From the NCBI RefSeq assembly GCF_006345805.1, contig NW_021833299.1, forward strand, positions 1-64,000: a stretch of 64,000 bases of DNA, written 5' to 3'. The notes beneath the pieces are model-generated. The model searched no databases and was not told the origin of the DNA. It saw only the letters and a list, made by a program, of their open reading frames with translations. Every line of letters starts with the position of its first letter. Positions within the stretch are counted from its first letter, which is position 1. Position numbers and translations under genes: made by a program. The DNA is from Octopus sinensis (Eukaryota). This document shows, one piece after another, positions 12,685 to 27,191 of the stretch.

Positions 12685-13129
12685 TATAACACCATTAACA
12701 ATGTTCTCAGCAACTTAACTGTTATCTTCAAAAATAAATATTGCTGTTTCTTTTTCCTTTATATTCGGATTTTAGGGATATAGGGTGTTCAGATCTTCAT
12801 GCCTTTCCGCAGAACATCAGAGATGTAAGCAAAGTTCATTCAATGTCTTCGTCCGACTATCTACAATCATATCTTTACATCTTCACTCCACAATAAGCTT
12901 GCGTCTTGACGTTCTTCTATGGAGTTTAAAATCTGAAAATCCCATGCGATTATTTTCTTAGCTTTTTTTCCTAAAATACTGGCTTCAAAGGTCTGTTTGA
13001 AGCGGAGAATCTCGGATACTGTTACAGTTGTCTGTGGTTATTATATAAACAATAGCAATGATGGATGTGAGGGCTTTAAGCCAAGTTTTGAAACTATGTT
13101 GTTTTTTTCTTTTTTTATCAACTATTATA

Positions 13130-13565
13130 TCTTACTTGATTCAGTCATTGGACTGCGGCCATGCTGCAGCACTACATTGAAAGGTTTATTCGAACAAATC
13201 GACCCCTGTAATCATGTTTTTTTTTAATGTAGGGTGCTTATTCAATCGATATCTTTTGCCGAACCTCTGAGTTACAGGAGAGTAAACAAGCCAACACCAT
13301 TTATGGAGCGTGGAGAGAAGTAAAGACACACACACACACACCACACGCACGCAAAGACATACACACATAGACGCGCACATCAATACACACACACACACAC
13401 ACGACGGGCTTCCAAACAGTTTCCGTCTACCAAATTCCCTCTCAAGGATAACAAGGCTAATGGAAGGAGTAGATCTATAGATGAAGACACATGCTCAACC
13501 TATCCCGCAATAAGACTGAACCCGAAACCATATAGTTGCGAAGTCGCTTTATTAACCACGCAGAC
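13130..13565 (-). mobile_element. Old degenerate SINE family A
   Basis: TTCAGTCATTGGACTGCGGCCATGCTG..TTTCCGTCTACCAAAT. Confidence 0.7.
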
Positions 13566-14244
13566 GTAACCATGTTCTTATCTATCTTTTTTTCCTATAC
13601 AGGAAGAAAAAAAATACTCGTGAACCTTTAGAGTACCTTCGAGACTCATGGAATGAATCTGTCCTCAAACCGAAAGTCTTGTCCGAGTGCTTAACTGCGA
13701 CAGTGTGAACCCCGCTAAAGACACCCAGGGTGCCGTGTGGTGTTGTTAAAAAGAGAGTCGAATTAAGTCTTCCACCACCCGAGTAGGTGATGTCGGAGAT
13801 TGAACTCAAAATGTAAAGAATCAAAATAAATACCGCAAAGCATCTATTCCGATATTTTTTGTACTTCAGAGTTAAGTCCCACAGTGTAGCACCTTGGGCA
13901 AGTGTATTCTGTTATAGCCTCCGGCCGACTAAGTCCCTGTGAGTGGAATTGTCAGACGGAATCTGAAAGAAGCCTGTCGTATATACATATATATGTCAGA
14001 ATGTATGTATTCAAAGGTGGTGAGCTGGCAGAAAATGTTAGCACACCGGGCCACAGCATGGCCGCAGTCAAATGACTGAAATAAATGACAGATAAAAGAT
14101 AAAATTTGCTTGGTATTTCTAGCAGGACGACAAACCACTTGGAGGTTCTCTCGTAACGTGGTTTAGTACCGTACGGACGGGAACCTTCATTTTTCTAGTA
14201 TCCATCCTTAATTATATCTATCAGCCGAGCTATTTATCCTTCAA

Positions 14245-15340
14245 TACTTCTCCCTCTCTCCCCACCATCTCTCTCTTTCTCTCCCCGCCTCTCTCTCTCT
14301 CTTTCTCTCCCCACCTCTCCCTCTTTCTCTATCCCTGTCATACTTTCTCTTACTTATTTTCTCCGCTCATTCTGTTTACGGCGCTCACCAGTAATTTTTC
14401 TGATATCCACCCTTAGTTATATCTATCTGCCTATCTATGTATCCTTCAGTCTATCTCCCTCCCACTCTCTCTTTCTCTCTCTCTTTCCCCTCTCTCTCCC
14501 CCTCCCTCTCTCTCCCCCTCTCTCTCCCTGGCTTTCTCTCTCTCGCGCCCTTGCTCTCCCTCTCATACTTTCTCTTGCTATTTCTACTGTCATTCTGTTT
14601 ACGGCATTCACTAGTAATTTTTCTGATATCCACCCCTAGTTATATCTATCTGCCTATCTATTTATCCTTCAGTCTTTCTCCTTCCACACTCTCTTTCTCT
14701 CCCCAACCCCTCTCTCTCTCCCTCTCTCTCCCGTCTCTCGCCACCTGGCTCTCCCTCTCTCGCTCCTTGGCTCTCCCTCTCTCGCTCCCTGGCTCTCCCT
14801 CTCTCGCTCTCTGGCTCTCCCTCTCTCCCTGGCTCTCCCTCTCTCGCTCTCTGGCTCTCCCTCCCTGGCTTTCCCTCTCTGGCTCTCTGGCTCTCCCTGG
14901 CTCTCCCTCTCTCGCTCTCTGGCTCTCCCTCTCTCGCTCCCTGGCTCTCCCTCCCTGGCTTTCCCTCTCTGGCTCTCTGGCTCTCCCTCTCTCGCTCCCT
15001 GGCTCTCCCTCCCTGGCTTTCTCTCTCTCGCTCTCTGGCTCTCCCTCTCTCGCTCCCTGGCTCTCCCTCTCTCGCTCCATGGCTCTCCCTCCCTGGCTCT
15101 CCTACTCTCTCCCCTCTCTCGCTCCCTGGCTCTCCCTCTCTCGCTCTCTGGCTCTCCATCTCTCGCTCCCTGGCTCTCCCTCCCTGGCTCTCCTACTCTC
15201 TCTCCCCTCTCTCTCCTCTCTCGCTCCCTGGCTCTCCCTCTCTCGCTCCCTCTCTCTCCCCTCTCTCACTCCCTGGCTCTCCTTCTCGTACTCTCACTAG
15301 CTACTTGTCCGGTCATTCTGTTTACGGCGCTCACCAGTAA
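14245..15340. repeat. Polypyrimidine minisatellite (CTCTCCCTGG-like) inside a triplicated unit
   Basis: Anchor TCATTCTGTTTACGGCGCTCACCAGTAA at 14367, 14590 (variant) and 15313. Confidence 0.85.
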
Positions 15341-15869
15341 AATCTTTACATTCAATACTTGATCGTAAGATGGCGGAATAAAAGAGTGAGAAAAGTAAAA
15401 TTGAAAAGTTAATCGAAGAATTTGCTGCAAAACATCAAAAACACCAGAAAAACATTCAAAAACAAATAAACAAATAACAGAGAGAACAAAAATAAAATCA
15501 AATAAAAACGGAAATGTCAACATCGATTTCAAGAGCTGAAATGTTTTAATCTGGACTCTACTTCGCTTCAGGTTGGAATCTGTTAAAGCGAAGTGACAGT
15601 GGCGGCGGGAACCGTGGTGGTGGTGGTATTGGCGGGGGGGGGTAATGGTCTTGGAGGTGGTGGTGGTGGTGGTGGTGGTGGTGAGAGTGGTGATGGAAAT
15701 GGTGGCTGAAGTGATGTTTGCGATGGTTGCCGTGGTGGTGGTGGTGTTGGTGGTGGTGGTAGTGGCAGATTGTTTCAATAATGGTTCTGCCAACTAAGAC
15801 CCAAGACTTTTATTTCTACTTTACCGAGATGAAACATCGAGGTGTTAACTCAGATTTTGCTGATGTTTC

Positions 15870-15883
15870 TAATAATAATAATA

Positions 15884-15924
<41 letters not shown>

Positions 15925-15935
15925 TAATAACAATA

Positions 15936-15984
<49 letters not shown>

Positions 15985-16023
15985 TAATAACAATATAACA
16001 ATAATAATAATAATAATAATAAC

Positions 16024-16055
<32 letters not shown>

Positions 16056-16108
16056 TAATAATAATAACAATAATAATAATGATAATAATAACAATAATAA
16101 TAATGATA
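15870..16108. repeat. (AAT)n microsatellite
   Basis: Direct reading. Confidence 0.95.
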
Positions 16109-16393
16109 TGATTTTTTTTTTTAATTCTCTCTCTTTTTCGTTTTTAGTTTCGTCCTTTCTTTCCTTTTGTAATTCTCTTCATCTTCGTTTTTGCCTCTGT
16201 CTCTCATTCCCTCTCTACCCCGTTTCCCTTGCTCTCTTTCTGTATTTTTCTTTCTCTCTTTCTAGCTCTCCCTCTCTCTCTCTTCTTCGCTGATTCATTG
16301 TCTTTCTCATTTTCTCTTTCTATTTAATTTTCTCTGACAATCTCCCTTGTGTCTCTTCTCTTCCCTTTCCACCCACACTTATGTGTGCATATG

Positions 16394-16465
<72 letters not shown>

Positions 16466-16545
16466 ACATATATATATATATATTATATATATATATATAT
16501 ATAATATGTATATATATTATATATATAATATATACACACACACGC

Positions 16546-16579
<34 letters not shown>

Positions 16580-17057
16580 TTATATGTGTACACACACATG
16601 TATTTACACCCATGCTTACGATCATATAGAAACACATATACATACGATACACACACACACCACGCACACACGCAAACACACACACGCACGCACGCATATA
16701 CACATATCTGACATAACCGAAATCCATGATAATGCCATCTCAATGCCAGGCGCCATCTTTTGGTTTTTATACGTCCAAAGAAACACCAAAGCATTGATTG
16801 CTTGTATTACAATATAAGACATAAGAGTTTGGAAAACCGTTCGTCTTGAAGAATTGGCGAAAGTAAAAGAGAGCGTGAAAGACGGAGGGAAGGAAACGGA
16901 AGCGGGGATGGGGTGGAGAGGAAGAAGGGGAGGAAGAAGAGCAAGGAGAGGAATGAAAATATAATAATATGTGGAATATCAGAAGAACGACTAAAGACTA
17001 AAGACATGAGAACGACTCAAGACTAAAGACTAAAGACTAAAACGGCGGTGACGGGGA

Positions 17058-17082
17058 AGATGATTGTGACGATGATTATGAC

Positions 17083-17143
<61 letters not shown>

Positions 17144-17281
17144 ACGAAGATGATGATGGAGAGGAGGAGGAGGAGGAGGAGGACGATGACGACGGATGGA
17201 GGGAAGGTGTAATAAATACGAGCGGATGCAGAAAGAAGATGGATTTATAGATGTTAGACATAGTGATGATGATGTCTGATG

Positions 17282-17330
<49 letters not shown>

Positions 17331-17910
17331 GAGAGAGAGAGAGGAGAAAGAGTAGTAGGGCGAGGAGAGATATGTGAAGAATTGAGTAACGGAAAGAAAA
17401 GAAGAAGTGGGAAGATGCAGCTGATGGTGATGGCGATGAGGTGGAGCACGAAGATGAGGATTATCATTATTGCCATGGTGGTGGAGGTGGTGATGATGAT
17501 GATGATAATGATGATGATGACGCGGAAAGAAGAAGAGGTAAAAAATGGAAGGAGGAGAGGGAGGGGGAGAAGAGAAAGAAGAAAAAGAAGAGGTAAGAAG
17601 AGGAAAAATGATGATGATGATGATGTTATGATGATGATGATGACGCGGAAAGAAGAAGAGGTAAGAAATGGAAAGAGGAGAGGGAGGGGAGAAGAGAAAG
17701 AAGAAAAAGAAGAGATAAGAAGAGGAAAGATGATGATGATGATTACGAAGATGATGATGGAGAGGAGGAGGACGATGACGACGGATGTGATAATAACAAT
17801 GATCATAGTAAAAATAGGGATGATAGTGATGATGATGATGATGATGATGGAGATGACGACAAAGATGAAGATATTGATGCTGACAGTGTTGATGTTAATG
17901 ATGATGAGAA
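17058..17910. repeat. (GAT)n/(GA)n purine-rich low-complexity tract with a ~123-bp internal duplication
   Basis: GACGCGGAAAGAAGAAGAGGTAA at 17519 and 17642. Confidence 0.9.
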
Positions 17911-18606
17911 CGATAACAGCTATCGATAGGTAAAAAAAAATATATATGAATAAAAAAAAAGATAGGAACAATAGAAAAAGATATGAAAATAACGATGCAG
18001 CCATCTTATAGAAATAATAATATCCATAAATGGAAGAACTTTGCCACCATATTGCAAATAACAAGCAACAAAAACAGCTAAAAAAAGAAAAAAAATGAAG
18101 AGAAGCATCGGAGAAATTACAGCCCTACTCTACAGAATTATTGTCGTAGCCGATGGCATTCAAGGTGCAGCAAAGGTGAGAAGATAACCTGTAGGTGTTC
18201 TTGTAAGTTGTGTCAGTTATTGTCAGACATTAGAGGCAGTTGTATGAGGCAGACGATAGATAATGTGAAGCAGACGTAATAGCTGAGCAAAGTGACTTTT
18301 GGAGGAGATGGTTGTGTTTATTAAAGGATGAACATGAACTAACGTTGGACAAACCAAAACTGACATCGTATATATTAGAGAATTAATAGGATGTGTCTTG
18401 TGTGTGAATGTGTTTGTAAAGTGTGTAGATGTGTTTGTATAAAGTGTATGTGTTGCATGTTTGTGTACATACGTGTGTTTATGAGAGTGATATTCTGTGC
18501 GTCTGTATGTATATGTGCATATACATGTGTGTAAGAGAGTTCTTTCATGTATGTGTGCGTATATGTATGTGTATAGGTATCTGTGTATATGTATTTGTGT
18601 GTGTGT

Positions 18607-18643
<37 letters not shown>

Positions 18644-18794
18644 TGAGGGAAAGAAAAACAGTGATAGAGACACAGGAAGAAAGAGAGAGAGAGAGGGAGA
18701 GGCAATGAAAGACAGAAAGACAAGGAGTATGGAATATGTAATATATTATGAGTGTATGCATATATATATACATATACACACACAACACACATAT

Positions 18795-18909
<115 letters not shown>

Positions 18910-19823
18910 ATATATATATATATTGGTAACCATTACAATTTGTAGCGGCGAAAGGTCTGGACGTTGTTTTCTGAGGCTGACCAAAGAATTTTTATTTTTA
19001 GATATAAATGATGTACTCAAGTGTAGTTATGTTTTTAGCTTGTGCTTTTTCCATGATCATACGTGAGTATTTTATTTATATCCCATCGAAATTTCTACTG
19101 AAGAAGGAATATATCTTTTTTATAAGATTAAGTCCGAAATTGATTCAATATAGAGATAACGAAATTTAAATTTTCTAAAGGTTAGTTGCCCGTTTTCAGT
19201 TTCAATTTTCCTGTAACAAGCGGATTATAAGTGGATAAAACAGTGTATTTGGCTTTAGAATAACCCTCTTTAGCCCTTAATTATATGATATATATATATA
19301 TATATATATATATCTATATTATATATACATACATTTAAAGAGAGGGAGAGAGAAAGAGAGAGGTTGACAATATGGAGGATATAATAGTGGGATTGGTAGG
19401 AGAAATACTACCAGAGACATACGAAACCAGACGTAATGAAAAGAAAAAAGGAACAACAAAAACAAAAAAAAAAAAAAACTGGAGAAGCAGCAGACGATAT
19501 GTGACGTGACCGACCGCCAACAGAAGAAACCGCCATGTTATATTGTTTGTCTATTATTGATGGTTTTTCATTTTATATAATAGTTGTAATGTTATTTTGA
19601 TGCGTTATATTTAGCACTTTTTTAAAAAAAAAAAAATAAAATACTGGAAAACCATAAAATAAAATAGTGTTGGCCCATTGTTGATAAAGGTGCGAAATGG
19701 CACCATAAATCTAGACAATATAAATAAACTAGTTTTAACCGGTCGTAAACTAGTTTGGACTAGTCTTTAAAAAAAACCGAAGAAAATGAGCTCGAAATTA
19801 TAACCATTGTTGTGGTATATTAC

Positions 19824-19943
<120 letters not shown>

Positions 19944-20263
19944 GATTTTGTTGAATGCCATTAAATATTACTCTCAATTTTTAATGCAGATATGGAAACT
20001 ATTAATTTGTCACCGGGAAGGAGCTGTCGTATAATATGTATCCTGCAATGATACTCGGTATAAATTTTAACCGATATTGGATCTTTTCCAAGGAGTGGAA
20101 GACAAAAGCAATTCCGGTGGAATTAATAAGTGGAACGGTAAAAATTTCGTAATTAAGTACGACTAGGAATTAATGTTCCACGTAATACCGATCCGGCAGT
20201 TAATAAAAGGTGTGAAAATTTCTAAAATAAGTACCAAAGAAGAGATTTCTAGTGTGGAGTATA

Positions 20264-21112
<849 letters not shown>

Positions 21113-21532
21113 AAAAATTATGGTGATGATGATGTTGTTGATATTGTTGATGATAGACGATGCTGATGACTTTAAAACACAGCACTTGTCAGAGAATTAT
21201 TTTGTCCTTGATGTTAAGCCTCTGGCTAACTCCGATTGAGTAGACGGTAATCAAGCTGCGATCATCGCATCGTCTTGTTTTTCTCAATTTTCAATTTATT
21301 GAAATTCTCAGTCGTTAAAGACGGAAACAAAAGACCAACCAGCAATTGTTAATGACTTTATGATAGCAAGAGGAGCTAATTTTTAGAATTATGGAACAAA
21401 TTTCTCAAGGTTATTTACCTGCTTTAGCAAAAGATTATTCGATTTTTGTTTGCAGGCCAGAAATAACTACGGATTGATGTTTCGGTGCATTTCAACTCAT
21501 CAGTGAAATATAGTTTACCTAAACCCGCATAT

Positions 21533-21872
21533 GTAGAGGCGCAATGGCCCCGTGGTTAGGGCAGCGGACTCGCGGTCGGAGGATCGCGGTTTCGATTCCC
21601 AGATCGGGCGTTGTGTGTGTTTATAGATCGAAAACACCTAAAGCTCCACGAGGCTCCATCCAGCAGGGGGGGGGGCGACCCCTGTTGTACTCTTTCGCCA
21701 CAACTTTCTCTCACTCTCTCTCACTCTCTCTCACTCTCTCTCACTCTCTTCCTGTTTCTTGAGTAACGCTGCGATGGATTGGTGTCCCGTCCAGCTGGGG
21801 GGAACACATATGCTACAGAAACCGGGAAACCGGGCCCATGAGCTTGGCTAGGCTCGAAAAGGGCGACGAACG
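21533..21872 (+). mobile_element. SINE (E head + V-like tail) with 12-bp TSD
   Basis: AAACCCGCATAT at 21521-21532 and 21873-21884; tRNA-like A/B boxes. Confidence 0.9.
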
Positions 21873-22127
21873 AAACCCGCATATATAAAAAATCGCCTTC
21901 GTATAATTTTGACAAATTTCACATAAAATGAGGTACCGAAGATAATTCAAAGGTACCAAAGAAATAAATTTGGATGGAGCTGTATATTGCAGAATGATAT
22001 ACCCCACGTACTTGACCACACCGAAATGATGAAGGAGCAGATAAACCAAATATGAACGAGAAATTGCAACCGAGTCACGCTTTAGTCCACGTTGCTTCAT
22101 GTTGGATAAAATAGTTTTAGATATGTA

Positions 22128-22700
22128 TTGGGTTGTCCGGAAGTTCGTGCCGATTTATAGTAGCTTACCTTTCGACTTATTTTAGAACATGGTTGAGTCC
22201 ATAAAATAGGATTTGACAACACCTCCATTTAGAGCACAGTTTAAGCTATCTTTTCGTGGATGAAGGTTTATGTTCCTATAACCTGTGTTACATCTGTAAC
22301 CCTTTAAAATGGAAGATAAGAAAGTTCATTTTCGGCACTTGATGCTTTTCTTTTTCCGCAAAGGGAAAAGTGTCTCACAGGCAACCAAATAAATATGCGC
22401 AGTATACAGTGATGTTACTTTATCCGAAAGAACTGTACGGAAATGGTTCGCAAGGTTCCGAGCTGGATGTTGTAGCCTTATTGATAAAGAGCGATCAGGC
22501 AGACCATCCACTACAGATGATGACCAAATCAAGTCATTAATTGAGAATGACCCATATTGCACAACCCGAGAATTGGCATAAAGGCTCAACCTATCAAAAT
22601 CCATCGTTCCTTAGCACCTGGTAAAGTTTGGGTAATGACAAGTATTAATTAACCCTTTTCCTTCCTTTAAAAATCGGCACGAACTTTCCGGACAACCCGA
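22128..22700 (+). mobile_element. Internally deleted mariner transposon retaining the N-terminal HTH region
   Basis: TIRs TTGGGTTGTCCGG(A)AAGTTCGTGCCGATTT, TA on both sides; from ATG 22309: MEDKKVHFRHLML..TVRKWFARFRAG..RSGRPS..TTRELA with stops. Confidence 0.95.
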
Positions 22701-23638
22701 TATTATGTCTGAAGAAAAGGTTTGGAAACAGTTCTAACCACAGAGCTTCTCGCTCAAAACGAACCTGTGGCAAAAAACCCCCACAACTCCCGCCTTTACC
22801 ATCACTATTACACCTACCAACAACAACAACAACAACAACAACAGCAACAAACATTACACTCTCGAATTTGATTTGTGCTTGAACTCATAATATATCGACC
22901 ACAATTGAATACCGAAAGAGATTTAAGTTCGACGGCTTCTACTAGATTTTATTTCTTCTCTTCCCTTCGTCTCCACATTTCTCCGCATCCATACTTCATT
23001 CATCCACCTTACAATCAATACGTAAATAACATCTCTAACGGCTACTTGAGAAAGTACACCACGTGGTGTGCGCAGGCAGCGTTTTCGCTCTCAGCGTTGT
23101 TGAACATTTATTGTTTTGGGAGAAGACAGATTTAAATTTGCTCTTTTTCAGTAGCATCAGTTTTTCGTTGTTAAAAATCTATCTTAGACAATGTGAAGTG
23201 GAATTGTTTAATTATTGCTCTTACTTTGTTATTGTATTTTCAATTTTTCTCGACTCTCTTCTGCTTTTGTTAAGGAATCAAACTTTCTATTGCTTTAGAC
23301 TCGATGGCTCTGCCTTTGTTTTCCCGGACGTTATCATCATAACAGTCTTCGATAAATATTACATAGGAACTCAATTGAAAGATTATGATATGTCGCCCGG
23401 TTCATTTCTGGAGACAATGTACTTGAATTTCTAGAAAAAAAACAAACAAACAAAAAAAAATTGATGAGGAATTATGCTGTAGTGGTTTAGAATTAACAAA
23501 CAAAAAAAAAAAACAACTATACAAGCGAAAAAATATATAAAAGAACCCAGCAAGAACGAAAACAAAATATGTGATTATAGATTATAAAACCTCGATATTA
23601 CCAATAACTAACTGTACAACTACTTCCTGTCAATTAAT

Positions 23639-23669
<31 letters not shown>

Positions 23670-24747
23670 TACACACATACACAAATCCAAACCCACACGC
23701 CTAAACACTTACACGCACACACATATATAGTAACATATGCATACGTATACATGTGTACATAAAGACAGACATTTATATTTATATATGTTCATTATATGTA
23801 TGTATAAATGTGTGTTGAATTAAAAATTGACTTGGTGTAAAACGAAAATAATCACGAAGTGGTACAAGTAAAATATATAAAAAAAAAACAGACGAAGTTT
23901 TAAAAACCCTCAAATTCCTCTACATTCTACAAAATTTTCGAAAATATTTTAGCGTGGATACAAATGGAACATACTTGTTTATATATACATTACGATCTGA
24001 TTCTTCGTCTATTGTAATATGAAAATTTATCTTTAATGAAGTCCTTTGTGTCGGATTTTGGATATTTAAGCAAGTTATGATAACTTTGTCTGGAAAAAAA
24101 GGGAAATATATAAATATATATATAAAGGAATAAAAAAACAAAAGAAAGCAAGCAAAGACAAATAAAGACCCAATGGCGTTAGTCATCGGTTTCCTCACTG
24201 TTCTTTGGATCATCATGAGCTTTTTGGTAAGAATATGCAAATCCGTATGAAGATGTGAACAATAAATTTTGAAGACAATCTCTACGCTATACGTGTTTAA
24301 AAAACACAATCTCAACACACTTGAGTAATTACACCAGCGCTGAAGTGACAATTGGACTAAGAAAGATTAAAAAAACAAAGGTAATTGGATTATCCAAACT
24401 GATGCTACCTTTTGCTAATGTCACCTGGTGTTTGGAAACACTCCTGACATTGAAAAATTTGACGAAAACCGAGAATTACAAGAATGACAAGACCGATTTA
24501 TTTGCAGCTGTGAATGCTTAAATTTTATGATTTTATACAATAAATAGGTTTGCGTTTTTCATAGAAAAAGATGATTTTAAACACATTAAACTCTTGTATC
24601 TCTCTCAACTTCTCGATTTATTGTGTTATTTTGTGAAAACACATTAGTTAAAAATGATGGCTTGCAAATTTCCTGTATGATCGCATATATGTACGTACAT
24701 ACACAAACGCACAGACACAGACACACACATACACACATATATATGCA

Positions 24748-24972
24748 CAGGCATGTCTGTGTGATTAAGAACTCGCTTTACAATCACATGGTTTCGGGTT
24801 CAGTCCCATTACGCGTCATCTTGGGGTAAGTGTATTATTTTAATTTAACCCGGGCCTTGTGAATGAATTTCATGTATGGAAACTTTGTGGAAGACCTCCC
24901 CACCCCATATATATATATACATGTGTGTGTATGTGTGTGTGTGAGTGTGTGTGTATGTGTGTGTGTGTGTGC

Positions 24973-25005
<33 letters not shown>

Positions 25006-25190
25006 GTTATATTTGTCTTCCACAATCGTTTGATAAGTGTTTTTGGTTAATTTCCATCCCCACAACTTAGAAGTTCGACCAAAAAGCCCGGCAAAATAAA
25101 TGCCAGACTTGAAAATAAGAACCTTTCATGGAGGAGTCTTGGTATGGACATGGTCCAGTGATTGAAGCAAGTAAAGGATAAAAGAATATA
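24748..25190 (+). mobile_element. Old degenerate SINE family A
   Basis: GGTTCAGTCCCATTACG head, (TG)n middle, TTGAAGCAAGTAAAGGATAAAAG tail. Confidence 0.65.
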
Positions 25191-25280
25191 GATAGGTATA
25201 CAAGGTTCATTCCAGAAGGTTTGAGACTTCTACAGGAGAGGCATTTATTAATTTCAAAGAAGTACAAAACTCTAATCTCA

Positions 25281-25690
25281 TCGTTCTATATTTTAAGAAA
25301 TGAGGAATTATGTACATTATTTACATTATTTACATTTGACGGATATTTGTCCTCATCTTGTTTGTTGTTAACACAACGTTACGGCTGATATACCCTCTAC
25401 GTCATATGCCCACGGGCATAAGGGGTAGTAGTTAAGAGCGCGGGCTACTAACCCCAAGATTCCGAGTTCGATTCCAAGAAGTGACCTGAACAACAACAAC
25501 AACAACGCAAACAAAAGCAACAACAACACTAATAATAATAACATTGAAAAATACCTTAGGAACGAGAACCCAGGTCCGAAATTTCCCCAAGACACCCGAT
25601 GAATACTTGAGGGTATATCAGCCGAAACGTTGTGTTAACAACAAACAAGATGAAGAGAAATATCTGTCAAATGTAAATAATTTAAATAAT
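25281..25690 (+). mobile_element. tRNA-headed element with Penelope-type hammerhead tail and 5' inverted tail copy
   Basis: tRNA-like head about 25408-25487 (B box GAGTTCGATTCC), (AAC)n spacer, degenerate hammerhead 25591-25636, 82-bp inverted repeat 25316-25397/25609-25690. Confidence 0.65.
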
Positions 25691-25901
25691 CTCACTCTAC
25701 AGTACAGTTGTTGTGGCCCTCCATCCACTTCCCGAAGGACCACATGGAATTCCTCCAAAGTGAAGGGGTTCAGGACCTTCCTACAACTTCTTTCAGCTCC
25801 TTCAGCTTGGGGAACAATCATAATTCACAAGGGAAGTGGGGGGACAGTTTTGCTGTCCATCCCTGTCAAGAATTTGGCTGCCAGTATGGAATTACCAGGA
25901 T

Positions 25902-26200
25902 GTGGAGGCGCAATGGCCCAGTGGCTGTTCCGTGGACTCGCGGTCGGAGGTTCGCGGTTTCGATTCCCAGACCGGGCGTTGTGTGTGTTTATTGAGCGAA
26001 AACACCTAAAAGCTCCACGAGGCTCCGACAGGGGGTGGTGGCGACCTCTGTTGAGTAATTTATCTCACTCTTTCTTCCTGTTTCTTGGGTAACGCTGCGA
26101 TGGACTGGCATCCCGTCCAACTGGGGGGAGGGGACACATACGCCACAGAACCCGGGAAACCGGGCCCATGAGCCTGGATAAGCATAAAATAAATAAAATA
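25902..26200 (+). mobile_element. SINE (E head + V-like tail)
   Basis: Same family as 21533-21872; (TAAA)n tail. Confidence 0.9.
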
Positions 26201-26809
26201 GGATATTCTAAAATTATAATAATCTACAATAGTTATAACTGCCTCTCCTAAAAATGCCTCAAAACTTCTGGAATGTTGCTCGTGTATGTGTGTGTGAATA
26301 AATATGTGTGTAGAATGAAACATAAACAATGGCTTGGAGGAATAGTAGGAAGAGTGAAGTAAAATCCAATTCCACATCATCCTACGATTTTTATTGCGCA
26401 ATTTTTATTGTCGAGTATTTGCATGAAGACTATATTCAATATTGCAAATGATGGTTATACTGTAAAGACTAAATATGAATTGGTTTCTCTTGTGTGTTTT
26501 ATTGAAAAATATTTCATATTACCAATAATATCATGCAATAAAGTTGACCAACTGCCAGGATCATATATATAACGAACAAAATGCTTAACAGCATTTCTTG
26601 CGGTTCTTTATGTTGTGGGTTCACATAACGCTGGGGTTGACTTTGCTTTTTTTTTTTTCGGGGTCGATAAAATACGTACCAGTCAAGTACCGGGGTTAAT
26701 GTCCTCCACTTCCTCTTCCCTTAAATTTCAGGCTTTCAGGTTATTGTAGAAGAAATTCTTGTTTTCAGGCACCCTTCGTTTCGCGCCCCCTTTTTCTTTT
26801 TAGATTATA

Positions 26810-27191
26810 CTAGCAGTATCGCCCGGCGTTGCTCGGGTTTCTTTCGACCCTTTAGAATTGGAATTTTTGAAAATTTGCATTATGTAGCTTGTTTTTCTCT
26901 TTAAGTGAACATTTTTCTCGTTGAAATACACCGAAAAATGGCGACACAGCAGTAAAAAAAAATCGTAAAAAATAGTGATTTTCATAGAAAAAAAGCACCT
27001 TTTTGATGTAAATAATTTTTGGTGTTAACATGGTCCGATTTGAATTTTTTCTTCTACTGAAGGAAGAGCAAGCCTTCTTCTATCGTACTCTCAATTTTGG
27101 TCAACTTGTGCCGCAGGGTCTCGGAGGAGATAGTGTTAGTTGAAGGCTACCAAACCTGCCATACACAGACAACTTCAAATATATATATAGA
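26810..27191 (-). mobile_element. Non-autonomous Helitron
   Basis: Minus strand A|TC start, CTAG|T end, subterminal hairpin CCCGAGCAACGCCGGG; near-identical copy at 58422-58815. Confidence 0.8.

Noticed and set aside
21470-21512. Minus CTGATGA..GAAAC hammerhead-like motif
   Set aside because: Stem II is poor and no stem I pairing was found; at best a heavily decayed relic
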